A stretch of 64,000 nucleotides of DNA from Convolutriloba macropyga (lineage: Eukaryota), in contig NC_134472.1 of assembly GCF_964194025.1 (NCBI RefSeq), positions 67,518,001 to 67,582,000 of the forward strand. Reading direction: 5' to 3'. Below, one piece after another: positions 12,701 to 24,892 of this stretch. The number at the start of each line of letters is the position of its first letter. The stretch's first letter is position 1. Below the pieces are notes generated by a model. That model ran no database searches. It had not been told where the DNA came from and worked only from the letters and a program-made list of their open reading frames with translations. Made by a program: the position numbers and the translations under genes.

Positions 12701-15700
12701 CATGAGAGATTCCGCATTGAAATTTTGCCTTTATAGCTTTTTTGTATTTTCTGCTATCAGTTGTGTCGATGCGGTTTCAAATCGAAGCAGGGTTCAGTTT
12801 TTCCAAAATTGGTTTTGTATTGCGTACAAGGAACTGCCTTTTTAATCAAAAAGAATCAACCTACTAGGGTTCCGGTTCTTATAATTCGATCGGCGACAAA
12901 TTCCGCAAGTTTGTTTTCGCAGGTCTCCCTCTAGCCTAAATAATGTCTCGCTCTCACGTGAAAATCGACGACCTCGCTTAATGATTGCTGAGTTTTTGAA
13001 TTGCTGCCTCCTTTTTTGTTCGACCTCTAAGAAAAGACTGCCTAGCCTAGTTGAAGAATTGAAGTAAAGAAATGCCTAATTGATGTGTTGCTGAAAACGA
13101 GAAAATTTTGCTGTGTAGGTCACGTAGACAAGGGAGGAATAATGGCTCTTATGGGTCCCTCTGGAAGTGGGAAGACAACCCTTCTGGACATCCTGGCCGA
13201 CCGTGTGTCCAGTGGAGAGATCATGGGAGAAATTCTCATCAACGGAATCCCGCGAGACCCCATTGTGAGAGATTGTTTCTGTAAAGAGTTTAATTACGTT
13301 TTGGACGTTTCTGGTATGGTTTTTCCTGGTATATTAAAGAAATTAGATGGAATTTTTTGGATTGGTAGCACGTACATAGTGCAAACAAAAAGTTCACGAA
13401 CATTTTGGAGTTTCAAGCCAGTTGATTAACGACGCCGAGGTTTACGAAAGATAATGTTTTTGTCGATTTTTTCATTGAATTGAATGTCTGATGCTTTTTG
13501 TCAAGGATGCTCTGATATTTGATTTCACAAGATAACTGGCAAGAAAGAAAAACATGCAACATCAAAACATGACAAAATAGCTTAGCTTCTCAAAAACTAC
13601 CAAGAAATCGAGCGAAGCAACATTTTGAGTTTCACATTTTTAATACAGTGCTCAAATTTATAAGACCTGATCAAATCCCCCCCCCCCGACAAGATTGATA
13701 AGACCCTTGACCACCACGTCTTATTGAAACATATTCCAAAGCAAAATTCAGTTTATGTGTAATTGTATAGACTGATTTTTTTAAAAAAAAGTTCTACAAT
13801 GGTCAAGAGAAGTACATATCGTTTTGGTATTTAGGGTTGTTTTCAAGGTTATATCTGGTGTATTGTTGACAGGACTTTCGTACGTACTCGTGTTATGTGG
13901 ATGTGAACGATGCATTCTACGAGATATTCACAGTGAAGGAGACTATGCACTTCACAGCCAACCTCTGCTTCCCATCCTCTCTCACATACGCAGAAAAGAG
14001 CAAAAAGGTTAATGTGGCATCAATGTGTTCGCGTGCTGCTACTAAAGAAAGAAAAGAAAGAATTAATTTCGTTGTTGAATAGATGTAAATAAACAAGCAA
14101 CGTCAACAAATAACGAGATCAGAGCTATCTTCTTTTTCAATTTGCCCAATAAATTATTGACAACGATGACTTGATATACGTTCGTTAAATACATGCATAA
14201 TATAGCAAACAAATTATTCAAATAGGATAGCAATTCAACAAACTAGAGTAGCACATGTTCAACATTGTTGTTGTTGCTACTAGTTTTCTCTATGTTACTG
14301 TAAGCCCGCCAATTGCGGATTCGGTAAACTTTGATTCAGTATTTTGCTACAGTAAGTAAGTTTTCCCGAGTGCTTGTTTCGAGGCAAAACGTTCTGATTT
14401 CCGTTAAATTAATTTTTCGGTGCTACATGAGCAAACTAGATAGCAGAGTGGTATTATCAACCTAAATTTATGAGATTTTATTGCATGCATTATTTTTCAT
14501 TTTCTATATTTATCAAGCGATCAGTAAATATGGTCGACTAGGAAAACTCACGATTATTGACTCGAGAAAAGAGCTGTGTTAAGAAAAAAGTGAAATTAAA
14601 TGCGGATAGTTTTACAGTCTTTAATTGTTCCGACCCCCACTTTAGTGGGGAGGGAGGAACTATATACTCAACTGGGTTTTTTTATTCAGTAAATTTTGGC
14701 CGACCGATATATTAATCGTAGAGAATTGTGAGTGGTATTATTAAAAATCCCGTCCAGCGTAGAATACGGAATTGAAAAGATTTTTTCGACTTTCGTGTTT
14801 TACAGGGAGTTATCGAGGTTTAAAGTTCTGTGAACATTTGACTGTTTTTGTTCACATTTTCAGTAATTTTTGCTAAAAATTGGCACAATTTCGCTAATAT
14901 AATTCAAAATAAGTTAAAATTTTTAACGGCAGAGTGTTGTTGTTACCGTTAGAAATAGAACAGCGTTGCTGAATTGTTTGATTAAAGTTTTTTTGGCTAA
15001 AATTTTTGATAAAATTTTCAAAATTTAAACTTTTTTCGCCAAAAATGGCACAAAATATGCTTTTTGTTAATTTTGTTAAATTTTGCCGGACTTAGTGACC
15101 TAGAAACCATAACACAGACTCCCTAAAGAGCGCTAGTTGCAATTAGGCGCCGTATGAAAGTCTTCTGGGATTAAATTTTGGCCGTTTTTTGGAGATATAA
15201 CTCTATAATTATACAAAATGCATTTTTTCAATATTTGAAGAATTCCACTGAACAATTGGTCTATTTCGCAAATACTTGGAACACTTGGTCGGTTTGCTAG
15301 GCGCGCGACAAAATCAGGGAGATGTTCGATAATATCATGGACTCTTAGAATCAGAGACTTTTCGGTTTTTATTTTGATGCTGCGTTTTTTCAAAATTTTT
15401 TTTTAATGTTAATTACTGACAATAATTTATATACAGGGGTCCGTTAATGAGAGCTACAATTTACGTAAATTTGAGGCTGAATGTAGATACAGTTGGTTTT
15501 CAGAGAAGCAAAGGGTTTTTATGGCTTTGAGGAAGAGTTTTAGTAAAATTTAACTGAATTCTTGTCTTTTGCCTTCAATTGATACTCTTTTGGCAGTCTG
15601 ATTTTAAAGTTTAACCACTCAAAGATCTAAATTTCTTACTCAAGAGGTGCAACTGAACCTTTTCATTTCTTTCGATTGTTACCTAATGTCTCTTATGTTA

Positions 15701-18700
15701 TTGAACGTAATTGCTTTAAGGAAATTTCTGTGATTTTTTGAACTTGTCAAATTTTTATATTATTTTAGTCAACCTTTTGCTTATTCTCAGTAAGTACAGG
15801 TCAACCTTTCCTCCATATAGAATAAAAAATTTTCTGGCCGATTGTTTTAACAGAAGGTTTTCTTGCTTTTGGTACTACGAGTTTTCACACAAAATTTTCT
15901 GATTTTTGTGCATAATTGCTCATTTTAGCTCTTGTTTTTGTTTCTTTTGAAATTGTCATAATATTTAACAGTCTAACGAAAAAAAGCTTTACAACATTTG
16001 AAACTGAACATAAATTTTGTTTTCATAACATATGGTTTGACGGGCTGCGACACCGTTCTGTTGCAGAAATTTGTAGTTTTTTTTTGCCGTTTTATTTGTT
16101 AATTTTTGCCAAATATTGTGTAATAAAAGGTCTCAGTGGCCAACTATAGATAAACAAGTGAACATAAATAGCTAATGGTTGTTTTGACTTTCAAACTAAA
16201 TTTCTAAAAAAAGAGTAATGGTATTCTTCAACTTATAACTTTTTGTTCTGGTTTGCGTTTTTTTTTCGTATTTTACGATGATGTATCATTTTCGTAAATT
16301 AGCCTCATTACTTAGAGCACTTTTTATTGTTTTGTTGAATCAAATAATAATTTTTCTGTTATTTAAACTTTTTAAATGATGTCTTGAGAGCTTAGACATT
16401 TTGTTTCAGAAGAATTTTGTGAAGTTTAGACAATTTTCAGTTTTTTGGTTCTTTTTGTTGTCATTTTGTGATAGTCGTTTTACAAAAAGATGTTATGATG
16501 ATCAAAGGAGACGAAAATGAAGATGCTATATTCTCGCGGTGAATATTTTATAAATTTAATGGCTTCAAAACTGTGGTTTCGTAAAGTTGTTTTTGAAAGT
16601 TATTAGTTCAGCTCGTATTTAATGTTATTTTATAGTCTTATAATTTAGTCTCATTAATAACAGTCGCAATTAGTTTTCCGAGTAGTTGGAAGAGAAACTG
16701 TCTACTCTTTTAGTCGAAAGCTTTTGTTGGCTATGAATTTTTAAAATATTTGTTTTTAATAAAAAAAAGATAGATTTTTGAGATCTGCCAATTTTTGTTT
16801 CTGTTAAATTGTAGGTAAGCATCTCTATTTACAATTCACATCATTCATCTTTTGTAATACAAATTGCTCCTCATAACGGTTTTATTTTCTTCAAATGCTC
16901 TTTTTTTCTTGGAACAACCAGTTTTCATAAAACCAATTTTCGTGATTTTTGCAAATGTGCCCCTTTTTTGTAGGTTTTTGTTTTCTTTTCAGTATCACAA
17001 TAATGGGCGTCATTTGATTTACAAATTTTGTTACCTTCTAAAAATGCAAACGAAGGTTTTTATTGTTTTTAGTGATCTCTATCGAGGTATAAAATACTCT
17101 CTCAACTCAAAGATTTCATTTATTGCGTAATGTTTCTAATCAGTTCGAATTTAAATCTTTTTAAAAAAAGCATTGTTTTAATAAATTTTGCCGCTTTTGC
17201 TCATTTCTAGTCGACTTGTTGCCAAGTTGCCTTGAAGAAAAGTCCCATATTTTGTTCCCAAAATTGCCGGTTAATCTTCCGAGTTTTAATTTTATCTGAT
17301 GCCATTTTGATTTGGTTATTAGTGGTTTTCAAAAAATGGACAAGGAATTTTGGTCGTAATATTAATATTTGTAACTATTTGATTTTTATTGACGTCTTTT
17401 CTGGTAGCCATATTATGGTAGCCACAGGTCTCATAGGCCCTCTAGAGTAGATTATTTTTTTAGTAGTTTGTTGAACGATATGTTGATATGTTAATTTTTT
17501 TATCTCTTCCTCATTTGTTAGACAATTAAGTGAAAAATGTGATGAGCGGGGTCGGAACTTAATATGCGAACGCACATTACCGAGCCGCCTTGTCGTAGTA
17601 AAGTTTCAAAATTAAAAGTTCAAAATTTAGTTTTTTGTGTTTGTTAATATAAGCGTGTGAAGTATAACTTTAACGCAGCGAAGTACGGCTGTTTAGGGTA
17701 AATTGCTAGAGAAATTTTTCTACTTAGTAAAGTTGCAACAAGACGAATCAATATATAGTATTTTATTATACCTTTCAATCCAAGCTGGCATTTTTTTCTT
17801 GTTTAACTTGAAATAAGATTTGGATTGTTCGTCTTGAGCAAATGGTCAGGAATTCCAGAGAAATTAGCACATTAAGCCTTAATAATGTAGTCTCAAAATC
17901 AATTGCTTTGAATACTTCTGCTGCTCTTATAATTTTTGACAAAGAAGGTTTGAGTTGGCTACTGTAATGCTTTTATAATTGGTATCTTTCAAGCTATGAG
18001 TAGTTATTTACTTCAGTCGAAACTAGAGTTCTATCCAAACTATCATATAATTAGTTTTCTGTCCAGTCAGCGAGCATGCATGAAAAGATTTGAACATCCG
18101 AAAAAATGTTTCATGCATTTTTTCAAACGCATGCTTTTTTGCTTGAACTTGCGCTTACAGACAGCTTTTTGCACAAAGTTTAATGATCGTATATCGGACC
18201 ACTGCAATTTTCTTTGACATAGCAGGCTATTACTGGAGACTTGATGAGACCATGACTATAGGCCATAGAATTAGACAATCCAAGATGACGGTTGCGTAAG
18301 AGCAGTCAAAAAGTCGATTGATTTCAATTTTGTTTTCGACATTAATTACAGCAATTACAGCTTGGTTAATTACAGTAATGCGCATAAGCTACTTGAAAAC
18401 AATTTACTATTATATATTATTGGATAGTGTTAATTGTTTTTCAAAGTGACAGTTACCGTCGTTTTATCGGACAGTTTTGCTATATTGAGTGGAAAATTTG
18501 CAAATGTCTGTAAATTAATCTTATGAAAAAGGCCAAAATTTAATATTAATTTGTAATTATGTACAGGTTCGAAGTGTGCTGACAAAGGTGGGACTTGAAT
18601 CGTGTAAGCACACTCGCATTGGTGGTGAACTGTTTCGTGGACTGTCAACGGGGCAGAAAAGGAGACTCAGTATTGCCCTGGAGCTGTTGAAGGAACCTTG

Positions 18701-21700
18701 GATTCTGTTTCTGGATGAGCCACTGTCTGGTCTGGATGGCGCAGCTGCTGCAAATATTATGAAGATTCTGACTAATTTGGCTGATTCGGGTTTGTTTCTC
18801 TTCTCAAAATTTTCCAAGTTTTTCAGATTGTTCATTGGAAACGATGGCCTGTGTATACCGATGATTCGTTATAGAAAAGTTTTTAGAATTGGCTAAAACT
18901 GTAGTGATTGACTTAACAGAAAAGATAAGAACTAGTGGGATTTGGTTTTAAATAGCCACATAGCGATAGCTGGGGCGATTATTGGCCTTCTCTTGGTTTT
19001 TTACAATTCAAAGAATTTGAATTGTATTGGGGGCGCTGTCTTTTTTTAACGATCTCTTCACAGATTTTCATGATTTTTGAAGTCAAATTGGAGCAGTGAT
19101 TTGGGTCACGCCGAAACAGGAAGTGAAGCGAAAAAGCGAGTGGTTTTGCAGCGTGAATTTTTTTGCTCTATTTTTAAAGTAGAGTGAGAAAACATTGTTT
19201 CAACAAAAATTCGCTTTCTCGCTAGTGGTTTTTTTGTTCACATGCGGCAATTTCACTTTGATTTTTACTGTTTTTTTTCGATTTTTTGGATCGGATTTTT
19301 TTCTAAATGGTTTTCCTCATTCCATTCATAATTCATTCTAGGTCTCCTTTTTTGTTTGAACTAAATGTCCATTTCTCGCTAGTGTTGTTTTTTGTTCACA
19401 TGCGGCCTTTTGACATTGATTTTTTTATCTGATTTTTATGGAAATGTTTTTCCCAATTCATTACTAGTCCGTTCTAGGTCTGGTTTTTTGTTTTGTCAAT
19501 GAAAATTCTTCGAATTGTACCTCAGGACTTGCCCTGCTATCCTATATATTAAACGCGTGAGCTCTAAAATGGGACAAAATTTTTGCATGTTTAAGTTGCC
19601 TCTCGAAGCGCATGATTAAGAACCGCATTGAGCAGCATGGTTAAGCGAACATATCGAGAGGTCAATGACCTAAAAGGCTCGAGGAAGATGGGTGAGAACC
19701 GAACCTGGGATAAAAGACTGTTAGTCAGGTGCAGTTACCACGAGGCTAAGAGGGCTTGAAAGTATGCTCGCCCAGAGGAAGGATTTACAGTCCTGGGTAC
19801 TACGTGTTTTTTTATGCTCGCGAAGTAAATTTGATTAAGAACCGCATTGAGCAGCATAGTTAAGCGAACATATCGAGAGAGGTCAATGACCTAAAAGGCT
19901 CAAAGAAGATGGGTGAGAACCGAACCTGGGATAAAAGGCTAAGAGGGCTTGAAAGTATGCTCGCCCAGAGGGAGGATTTACAGTCCTGGCTGCTACGTGT
20001 TTTTTAATGCTCGCGAATAAGTTTGATTAAGAACCGCATTGAGCAGCATGGTTAAGCAAACATATTGAAAGAGGTCAATGACCTAAAAGGCTCAAAGAAG
20101 ATGGGTGAGAATAAAAGACTATTAGTCAGGTGCAGTTACCACGAGGCTAAGAGGGCTTGAAAGTATGATCGCCCAAAGGTAGGATTTACAGTCCTGGGTA
20201 CTACGTGTTTTTTAATGCTCGCGAAGTAAGTTTGAAGTTCTTATTGTATACGTGTTTTTTTGCAAATATTTACTTCCACAGATTCTGCGCTATTCTAGAA
20301 CACTCTTAGCTTTCAACTAAGTTTTTCACGCTTAACTTTTTGACTTTTGTATGATCCCAATTCTTCTCAATTGGACAAAATTTTTGCATGTTTAAGTTGC
20401 CTCTCGAAGCGCATGATTAAGAACCGCATTGAGCAGCATGGTTAAGCGAACATATCGAGAGAGGTCAATGACCTAAAAGGCTCAAAGAAGATGGGTGAGA
20501 ACCGAACCTGGGATAAAAGGCTAAGAGGGCTTGAAAGTATGCTCGCCCAGAGGGAGGATTTACAGTCCTGGGTACTACGTGTTTTTTAATGCTCGCGAAG
20601 TAAGTTTGATTAAGAACCGCATTGAGCAGCATGGTTAAGCGAACATATCGAGAGAGGTCAATGACCTAAAAGGCTCAAAGAAGATGGGTGAGAACTGAAC
20701 CTGGGATAAAAGACTGTTAGTCAGGTGCAGTTACCACGAGGCTAAGAGGGCTTGAAAGTATGCTCGCCCAAAGGGAGGATTTACAGTCCTCGGTACTACG
20801 TGTTTTTTAATGCTCGCGAAGTAAGTTTGAAGTTCTTATTGTAAACGTGTTTTTTTTTGCAAAATTTTACTTTCACAGATTCTGCGCTATTCTAGAACAC
20901 TCTTAGCTTTCAACTAAGTTTTTCACGCTTAACTTTTTGACTTTTGTGTGATCTCAATTGTTCTCAATGTGAAATATGTTTTTTTGCACGTTGTTTAATG
21001 TGTTTTTTTAAATTTGGTTCTGACAGCTCAGAAGTGAAGTTCATTACATCCTGTTTGTTACACATAAATCTGGATGTCAGTATTTGTGTCTTTTCCAGGG
21101 AAAACCGTGGTCTTCTCAGTTCACCAGCCCCCTTCTCGAGTGTGGAACACTTTCTCTTCCCTGACTCTGTTGAGTGGGGGTCTGTTACTATATGCTGGCC
21201 CAGTGGGGGAGGCAATCCCCATGCTCACCACTGCTTCTGGACAGGGAATCCCTGAAAACTGCAATCCGGCTGATTACATGTTGGATCTGGTCAACAACGA
21301 CTTCAAGGGTGAGCACGCAGTAAATTTTCTTGATTTAGAGCTTGTTAAATGAGATGAAGATATAATATTGCGTTGTATACCTCCTCACCGACACAAAACC
21401 TGTACGGTGAAAGTTTATTATAGCTGCGAAGCTGTAAGCTGAGCGTAGCTATATTGCGGTGCTCTTGGTTTTTTTTGTTTCGTCTTCTGACGCTCTTTTT
21501 TTACGACTCGAAGAGGAGTATTGGTTTTCTTAAGGTTTTTTACGACTCGAAGAGGAGTATTGGTTTTCTTAAGGTTTTTTTTTTTACCGGAAGTACTATT
21601 CGTTCAGACGATGTTTTGACCTAAAAGCGAAAGCGAGTAAAATTGCAGTGTGAACTAATTTTTTCTGAGCGAGAGAAGTTTTTTGATCATGCGCTGCGTT

Positions 21701-24700
21701 TAGTGAATGACTTTTTGACATTGAAAAGCAGTTTTTGACTAAATGGCACATATAGATAACCGTTTTTAGACGTTTTTTCGTCTAAGCGGCCTAGTTTTTT
21801 TGCGTGTAATTTGGTTTTTTGTAGAAATAATTTTTAATCGATGCTATGTTGAGATGTAAACCCCGGAAATTGATAGCACAGTATTTTGCGTAGCCTGAAA
21901 TTGCGTTTCAAATGCAAAATTGGCACATATTTCTTGATTTTTTAGTTAATTTTTGGCTTTTTTTCTATTAATTTCTTCATTTTTGGATCTTTTAGCTGTT
22001 TTTTGTCAAAAATCAGTTAATATGGCAATTTCCCTTTGATAATTCATATACTCAATGCCTCTTTCTACCTCGATGTAATTTTGTTTCATAAAATTGTACA
22101 TTTGCGAATCCGATTTTCGTAGTTTTTTGCAATTTTTTTCAGTTTTTTGTTTGTATTTTGCTTTTAATTACTAGAAATAGTATTTTGGGGAACATGAGGG
22201 ACTTTAATTTCGTTTCAATAAAAATTCAATCAGTTTTTGGTGTTAAGTGAAAAAACAGATAAATTTTTTTCATAAATGCAGTCTTAAATATTTTGCAAAA
22301 TGTTTCATTGTTTCGTATGTCTGAATTTTGCTTTTTCTTGTTTTATTCTGTTCAGTAAGTTGGATTTTTGTCTCGAATGACTCGTTGTCTTTTCTATGTC
22401 TGGAATGCTGATCAATGAAATGTACTCGTTTTTCTTGATTTTTTTAAATTTGATTTTTAACTTTCAAAAATCAAGAATTGGTCTTTTTGTTACGGTGTTC
22501 CTAACATTGTGTACATATTCTTCACATTCTCGTTTGTATCATTCTAGTTTTGTCCTGGCACCTACTTTTGTATTCGTTATATTGATTTTTTCAGTTGTTA
22601 AAAATTGAATGAATTCAGCTTTTTCTTAGATCTTGGTTTCTTCGGTTTTCAATTGATTTAATTCAAAATAAGGCAGTACTGGGAGTTTGCTAGAAAGTCT
22701 TTTCCAACATTTCGACTTATTACTATTTATTGCAAATTTATTCCGGGCTTGGTATTATTTTTAGACGATTGTTTGCCTTTGAATATTATTCTGTTGCTTT
22801 TGTTTTTCTATGATTAATTTAATTTTTGAATTAGTATGAAATCATGTTGTCTAGCATATATACAACAAGGAAGAATCATGTATTTTTTGTCTTAATCGCC
22901 GTGATTAGAAGTCTAATTGTAGTGGTTCTCCGATTCTTAAGTTTGAGCACTCTTTTTTGAATAATTTTGACTTTCCTGTCTTTTTTGGAAAGTTTTTATC
23001 TGCCGTTTGCTTTCGCGATCTTTTTGAGATTAGAATCATTAATTATCTGAGGGCAATTGATGGCCCTGTCAGCTTTGTCAGGCTATCAGTTTTTTGACCA
23101 TCCTAAAAATTTCAGACTTTTTTAACGTTACCAAACGTTTTCAATAATAAAATTTTGCTGCCTTTTCTTTCTCTTGGTGACAGTGGTTTAAATTTCAGCG
23201 ATTTTTAGATCAGACCCGCGGAGGTAATGAGTTAATGGTTTAATACAAAAGGTAATGGTTTCAGCTTTTGGTGAAGTTTTGGTGCTTCGAGTCGCTTCCG
23301 GAATTCTCCCGGCTATGCGAAAGTTTTTAGGTTATTTGCGTGATTAGATTTTGATCACAAGTGACTTAGCTCACTCAATAAAATGACTTTTGCACTTTAA
23401 AACTTAAGTTTAATTTGAATTTGTTTAAGGTCAAAGGAACTCGTATGTGCAGTAAAGGTCCCTAATAAGAGGCTTCTGCGGAATGAATTTTAGCAAGCTT
23501 TATTAATTTATCGCTAAATTTTTTTACCTAGTTTTTTGAGCGGCGTCGATGTTTTTTTTTCAATTTAGATCTGTATCTGTTTCTATCTCTATTATATGGC
23601 ATGCAGGTCTATTCTTTCGCAGCTATTCCGGCAATCTGCCGGCTATGTTATGATTTTTGCAAACTAAATTTGACTATTTGTTTAAGATTTTGTCGAAAAA
23701 ATGTTTATTTAGCTTTCAAAATGCTTCTCAAATTCTTACAAACTCGAATTTACGGTGTGGTCTTTCAGGTCACGTAAAAATTGACAAATTGAACGACGTG
23801 TATCTTAGCTCACAGCTACATCGAGACATCTTCGACACCATTAAGTTCGAGCGGGAGCGAGCTCTGATCTTTCTTGCTGACAACCCGGAGTACTTAAAAG
23901 ACAACAGAAGACGAAGGTTCCGTGCTGGCTTCCATACCCAGATACGATACCTGACCAGTCGTGCTCTGTGGAACAACATCCTTCATCCTGGATTGTACTG
24001 GTCCAGAATTGTCATCTACATTCTGTTAGACTTGGTCATTGCTTCGATGTTCACTCGATCGATTGATATTAAGGACGAATACAAAGCTGGAATGATCTTC
24101 TTCGTACAGTCTTATCTTGTTATCATGACTGTTGCTGCTCTGCCCTATCTGATCTTGGCTCGACCTGTGTTTTGTAAAGAACGCGCGAATGGCTTGGTAT
24201 CTGTGACGCCGTACGTGCTTTCGACATTGATAGCGATGATTCCGGGTGTTATGTTGGCTACTTTGATCTCGGCTTTGCTCATATTCGTAATTACGGGACT
24301 AGAAAGTTTTGGTTGGTTCTTCTACATATTATTCTGCACATTACTCTGTGCTGAGTCAATTATGAACTTGGTAGCTTCATTGACGAATCAATTCATTGTG
24401 GGTTTGGCGATCGGAGCTGGTATTTACGGAATTTTTATGATAAACGCTGGGTTCCTACTCCCAAGTCATGCGATTCCTGAGGAATGGTTCACGGGTTGGC
24501 GAGTGTTTCATCATGTTGCGTTTCATAAATATTCGCTTAGATCTCTTATGCACAATGAGTTTAGTCATCCCAAATACTTCATCAATGATACGTTGCACTG
24601 CGGCGGTCAGGCACTTCCTGGAGATTTGGTTCCGGACGTTAACGGATCCGGATCTGTTGGCGATGCCCATCGGTTCACGACACAACATCCAAGTTTCGGT

Positions 24701-24892
24701 CATGCCTCTTTACCGCGACATGATCAAAACGAATCTGCTGTGAGTGTTCCGAGGTGTTCGCCGATTCTGGAGCGTTACAAATGGCAAGACGAAAGCCCAC
24801 TTTCGGATACTTTCTTCATCTTACTATACACAGCTCTTATCCAAATGGTTCTGTTGATGGTCACGTATTTCAAGCATACGGGAAGACGATAG
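755..24892 (+). CDS. ABCG (White-type, NBD-TMD) half ABC transporter, 9 coding exons: 755-781, 6828-6902, 8008-8242, 8709-8870, 13119-13264, 13873-14007, 18567-18789, 21099-21308, 23769-24892 (2337 nt, about 778 aa)
   Basis: All exons are bounded by AG/GT and the phases chain (0,0,1,1,0,0,1,1) into one open frame. Walker [10 protein letters not shown], signature LSTGQ, Walker B ILFLDE, D-loop SGLD, H-loop SVHQP, ABCG motif NPADY and a C-terminal multi-TM domain with ERANG. Exons 1-3 rest only on splice-site and phase consistency. Confidence 0.9.
1390..5037. mobile_element. Two old family A HINE-like remnants in inverted orientation, 3' ends pointing outward
   Basis: 1390-1440 is the reverse complement of the family A 3' end seen at 4990-5037. 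Internal GGCTTCGACA-type subrepeats are on the - strand in the left half and the + strand in the right half. Confidence 0.55.
5095..6010. repeat. ~490-bp tandem duplication
   Basis: 5095-5520 is repeated almost exactly at 5586-6010. Confidence 0.95.
6021..6480 (+). mobile_element. HINE-like element, family B (short copy)
   Basis: 5' tagctgcaaagctgtaagctgagcgtagctat; 3' gctgctat plus a degenerate stem-loop ending ccggctatg. Confidence 0.6.
6828..6902 (+). CDS. ABCG putative exon 2 ([25 protein letters not shown])
   Basis: ttttcag acceptor, CAG|gtaatt donor, 75 nt open, GC-richer than the flanks. Confidence 0.6.
8008..8242 (+). CDS. ABCG putative exon 3 (low-complexity N-terminal region)
   Basis: tttaag acceptor, CAG|gtcagc donor; phase 1 joins exon 4 as a G|GT Gly codon. 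Confidence 0.65.
8709..8870 (+). CDS. ABCG exon 4 (start of NBD: [10 protein letters not shown]...KVLLQSITG)
   Basis: Typical ABCG NBD lead-in; acag acceptor and gtcagt donor. Confidence 0.85.
9786..11032 (-). mobile_element. Internally deleted BEL/Pao element in ABCG intron 4
   Basis: 3' LTR 9786-10132 (TGTTAT...ATAACA); 85 bp of the 5' LTR at 10948-11032 (one mismatch); PBS TGGCGC at about 10942; leader fused directly to the integrase C-terminus WERLI...LNSRPL...PLTPNHFL...WPLGRV...RPV. Confidence 0.88.
13119..13264 (+). CDS. ABCG exon 5 (Walker A)
   Basis: [19 protein letters not shown]; gtag acceptor and gtgaga donor. Confidence 0.93.
13873..14007 (+). CDS. ABCG exon 6 (Q-loop region)
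   Basis: [24 protein letters not shown] aligns with the ABCG YVxQDD...TVxET pattern. Confidence 0.9.
14627..17593 (+). mobile_element. Helentron/HINE-like non-autonomous element, family A
   Basis: Sub-terminal inverted repeat GTTCCGACCCC (14627) / GGGGTCGGAAC (17548), a 5' CCCCAC-GTGGGG hairpin, a 3' hairpin, T-rich flanks and degenerate internal subrepeats. The ends recur at 50057, 60057, 36017, 4990 and 1390. Confidence 0.65.
18567..18789 (+). CDS. ABCG exon 7 (signature, Walker B, D-loop)
   Basis: [18 protein letters not shown]...[12 protein letters not shown]. Confidence 0.93.
18952..19539 (+). mobile_element. HINE-like element, family B2, truncated by a Helitron-like insertion
   Basis: Homologous to the first ~600 bp of 38923 and 41346. 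Confidence 0.7.
19540..20968 (+). repeat. Helitron-like insertion carrying a nested tandem array of ~190-220-bp units
   Basis: Begins A|TCCTATATATTAAACGCG exactly where the host repeat reads GCTA|TG. Five units start at 19614, 19833, 20025, 20415 and 20608, in two higher-order blocks. No CTRR 3' end was found. Confidence 0.75.
21099..21308 (+). CDS. ABCG exon 8 (H-loop, NPAD motif)
   Basis: [10 protein letters not shown]...[11 protein letters not shown]; ttccag acceptor and gtgagc donor. Confidence 0.93.
21420..23648 (+). mobile_element. HINE-like element, family B, filling most of ABCG intron 8
   Basis: subTIR ATAGCTGCG ... CGCAGCTAT followed by the stem-loop CCGGCA-atc-TGCCGG. Confidence 0.7.
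23769..24892 (+). CDS. ABCG exon 9 (ABC2-type transmembrane domain)
   Basis: ctttcag acceptor; multiple hydrophobic helices, FCKERANG motif, TAG stop. Confidence 0.93.

Noticed and set aside
19614-20830. CRISPR-like array
   Set aside because: Eukaryotic context; whole ~200-bp units repeat with no unique spacers and there are no cas genes.
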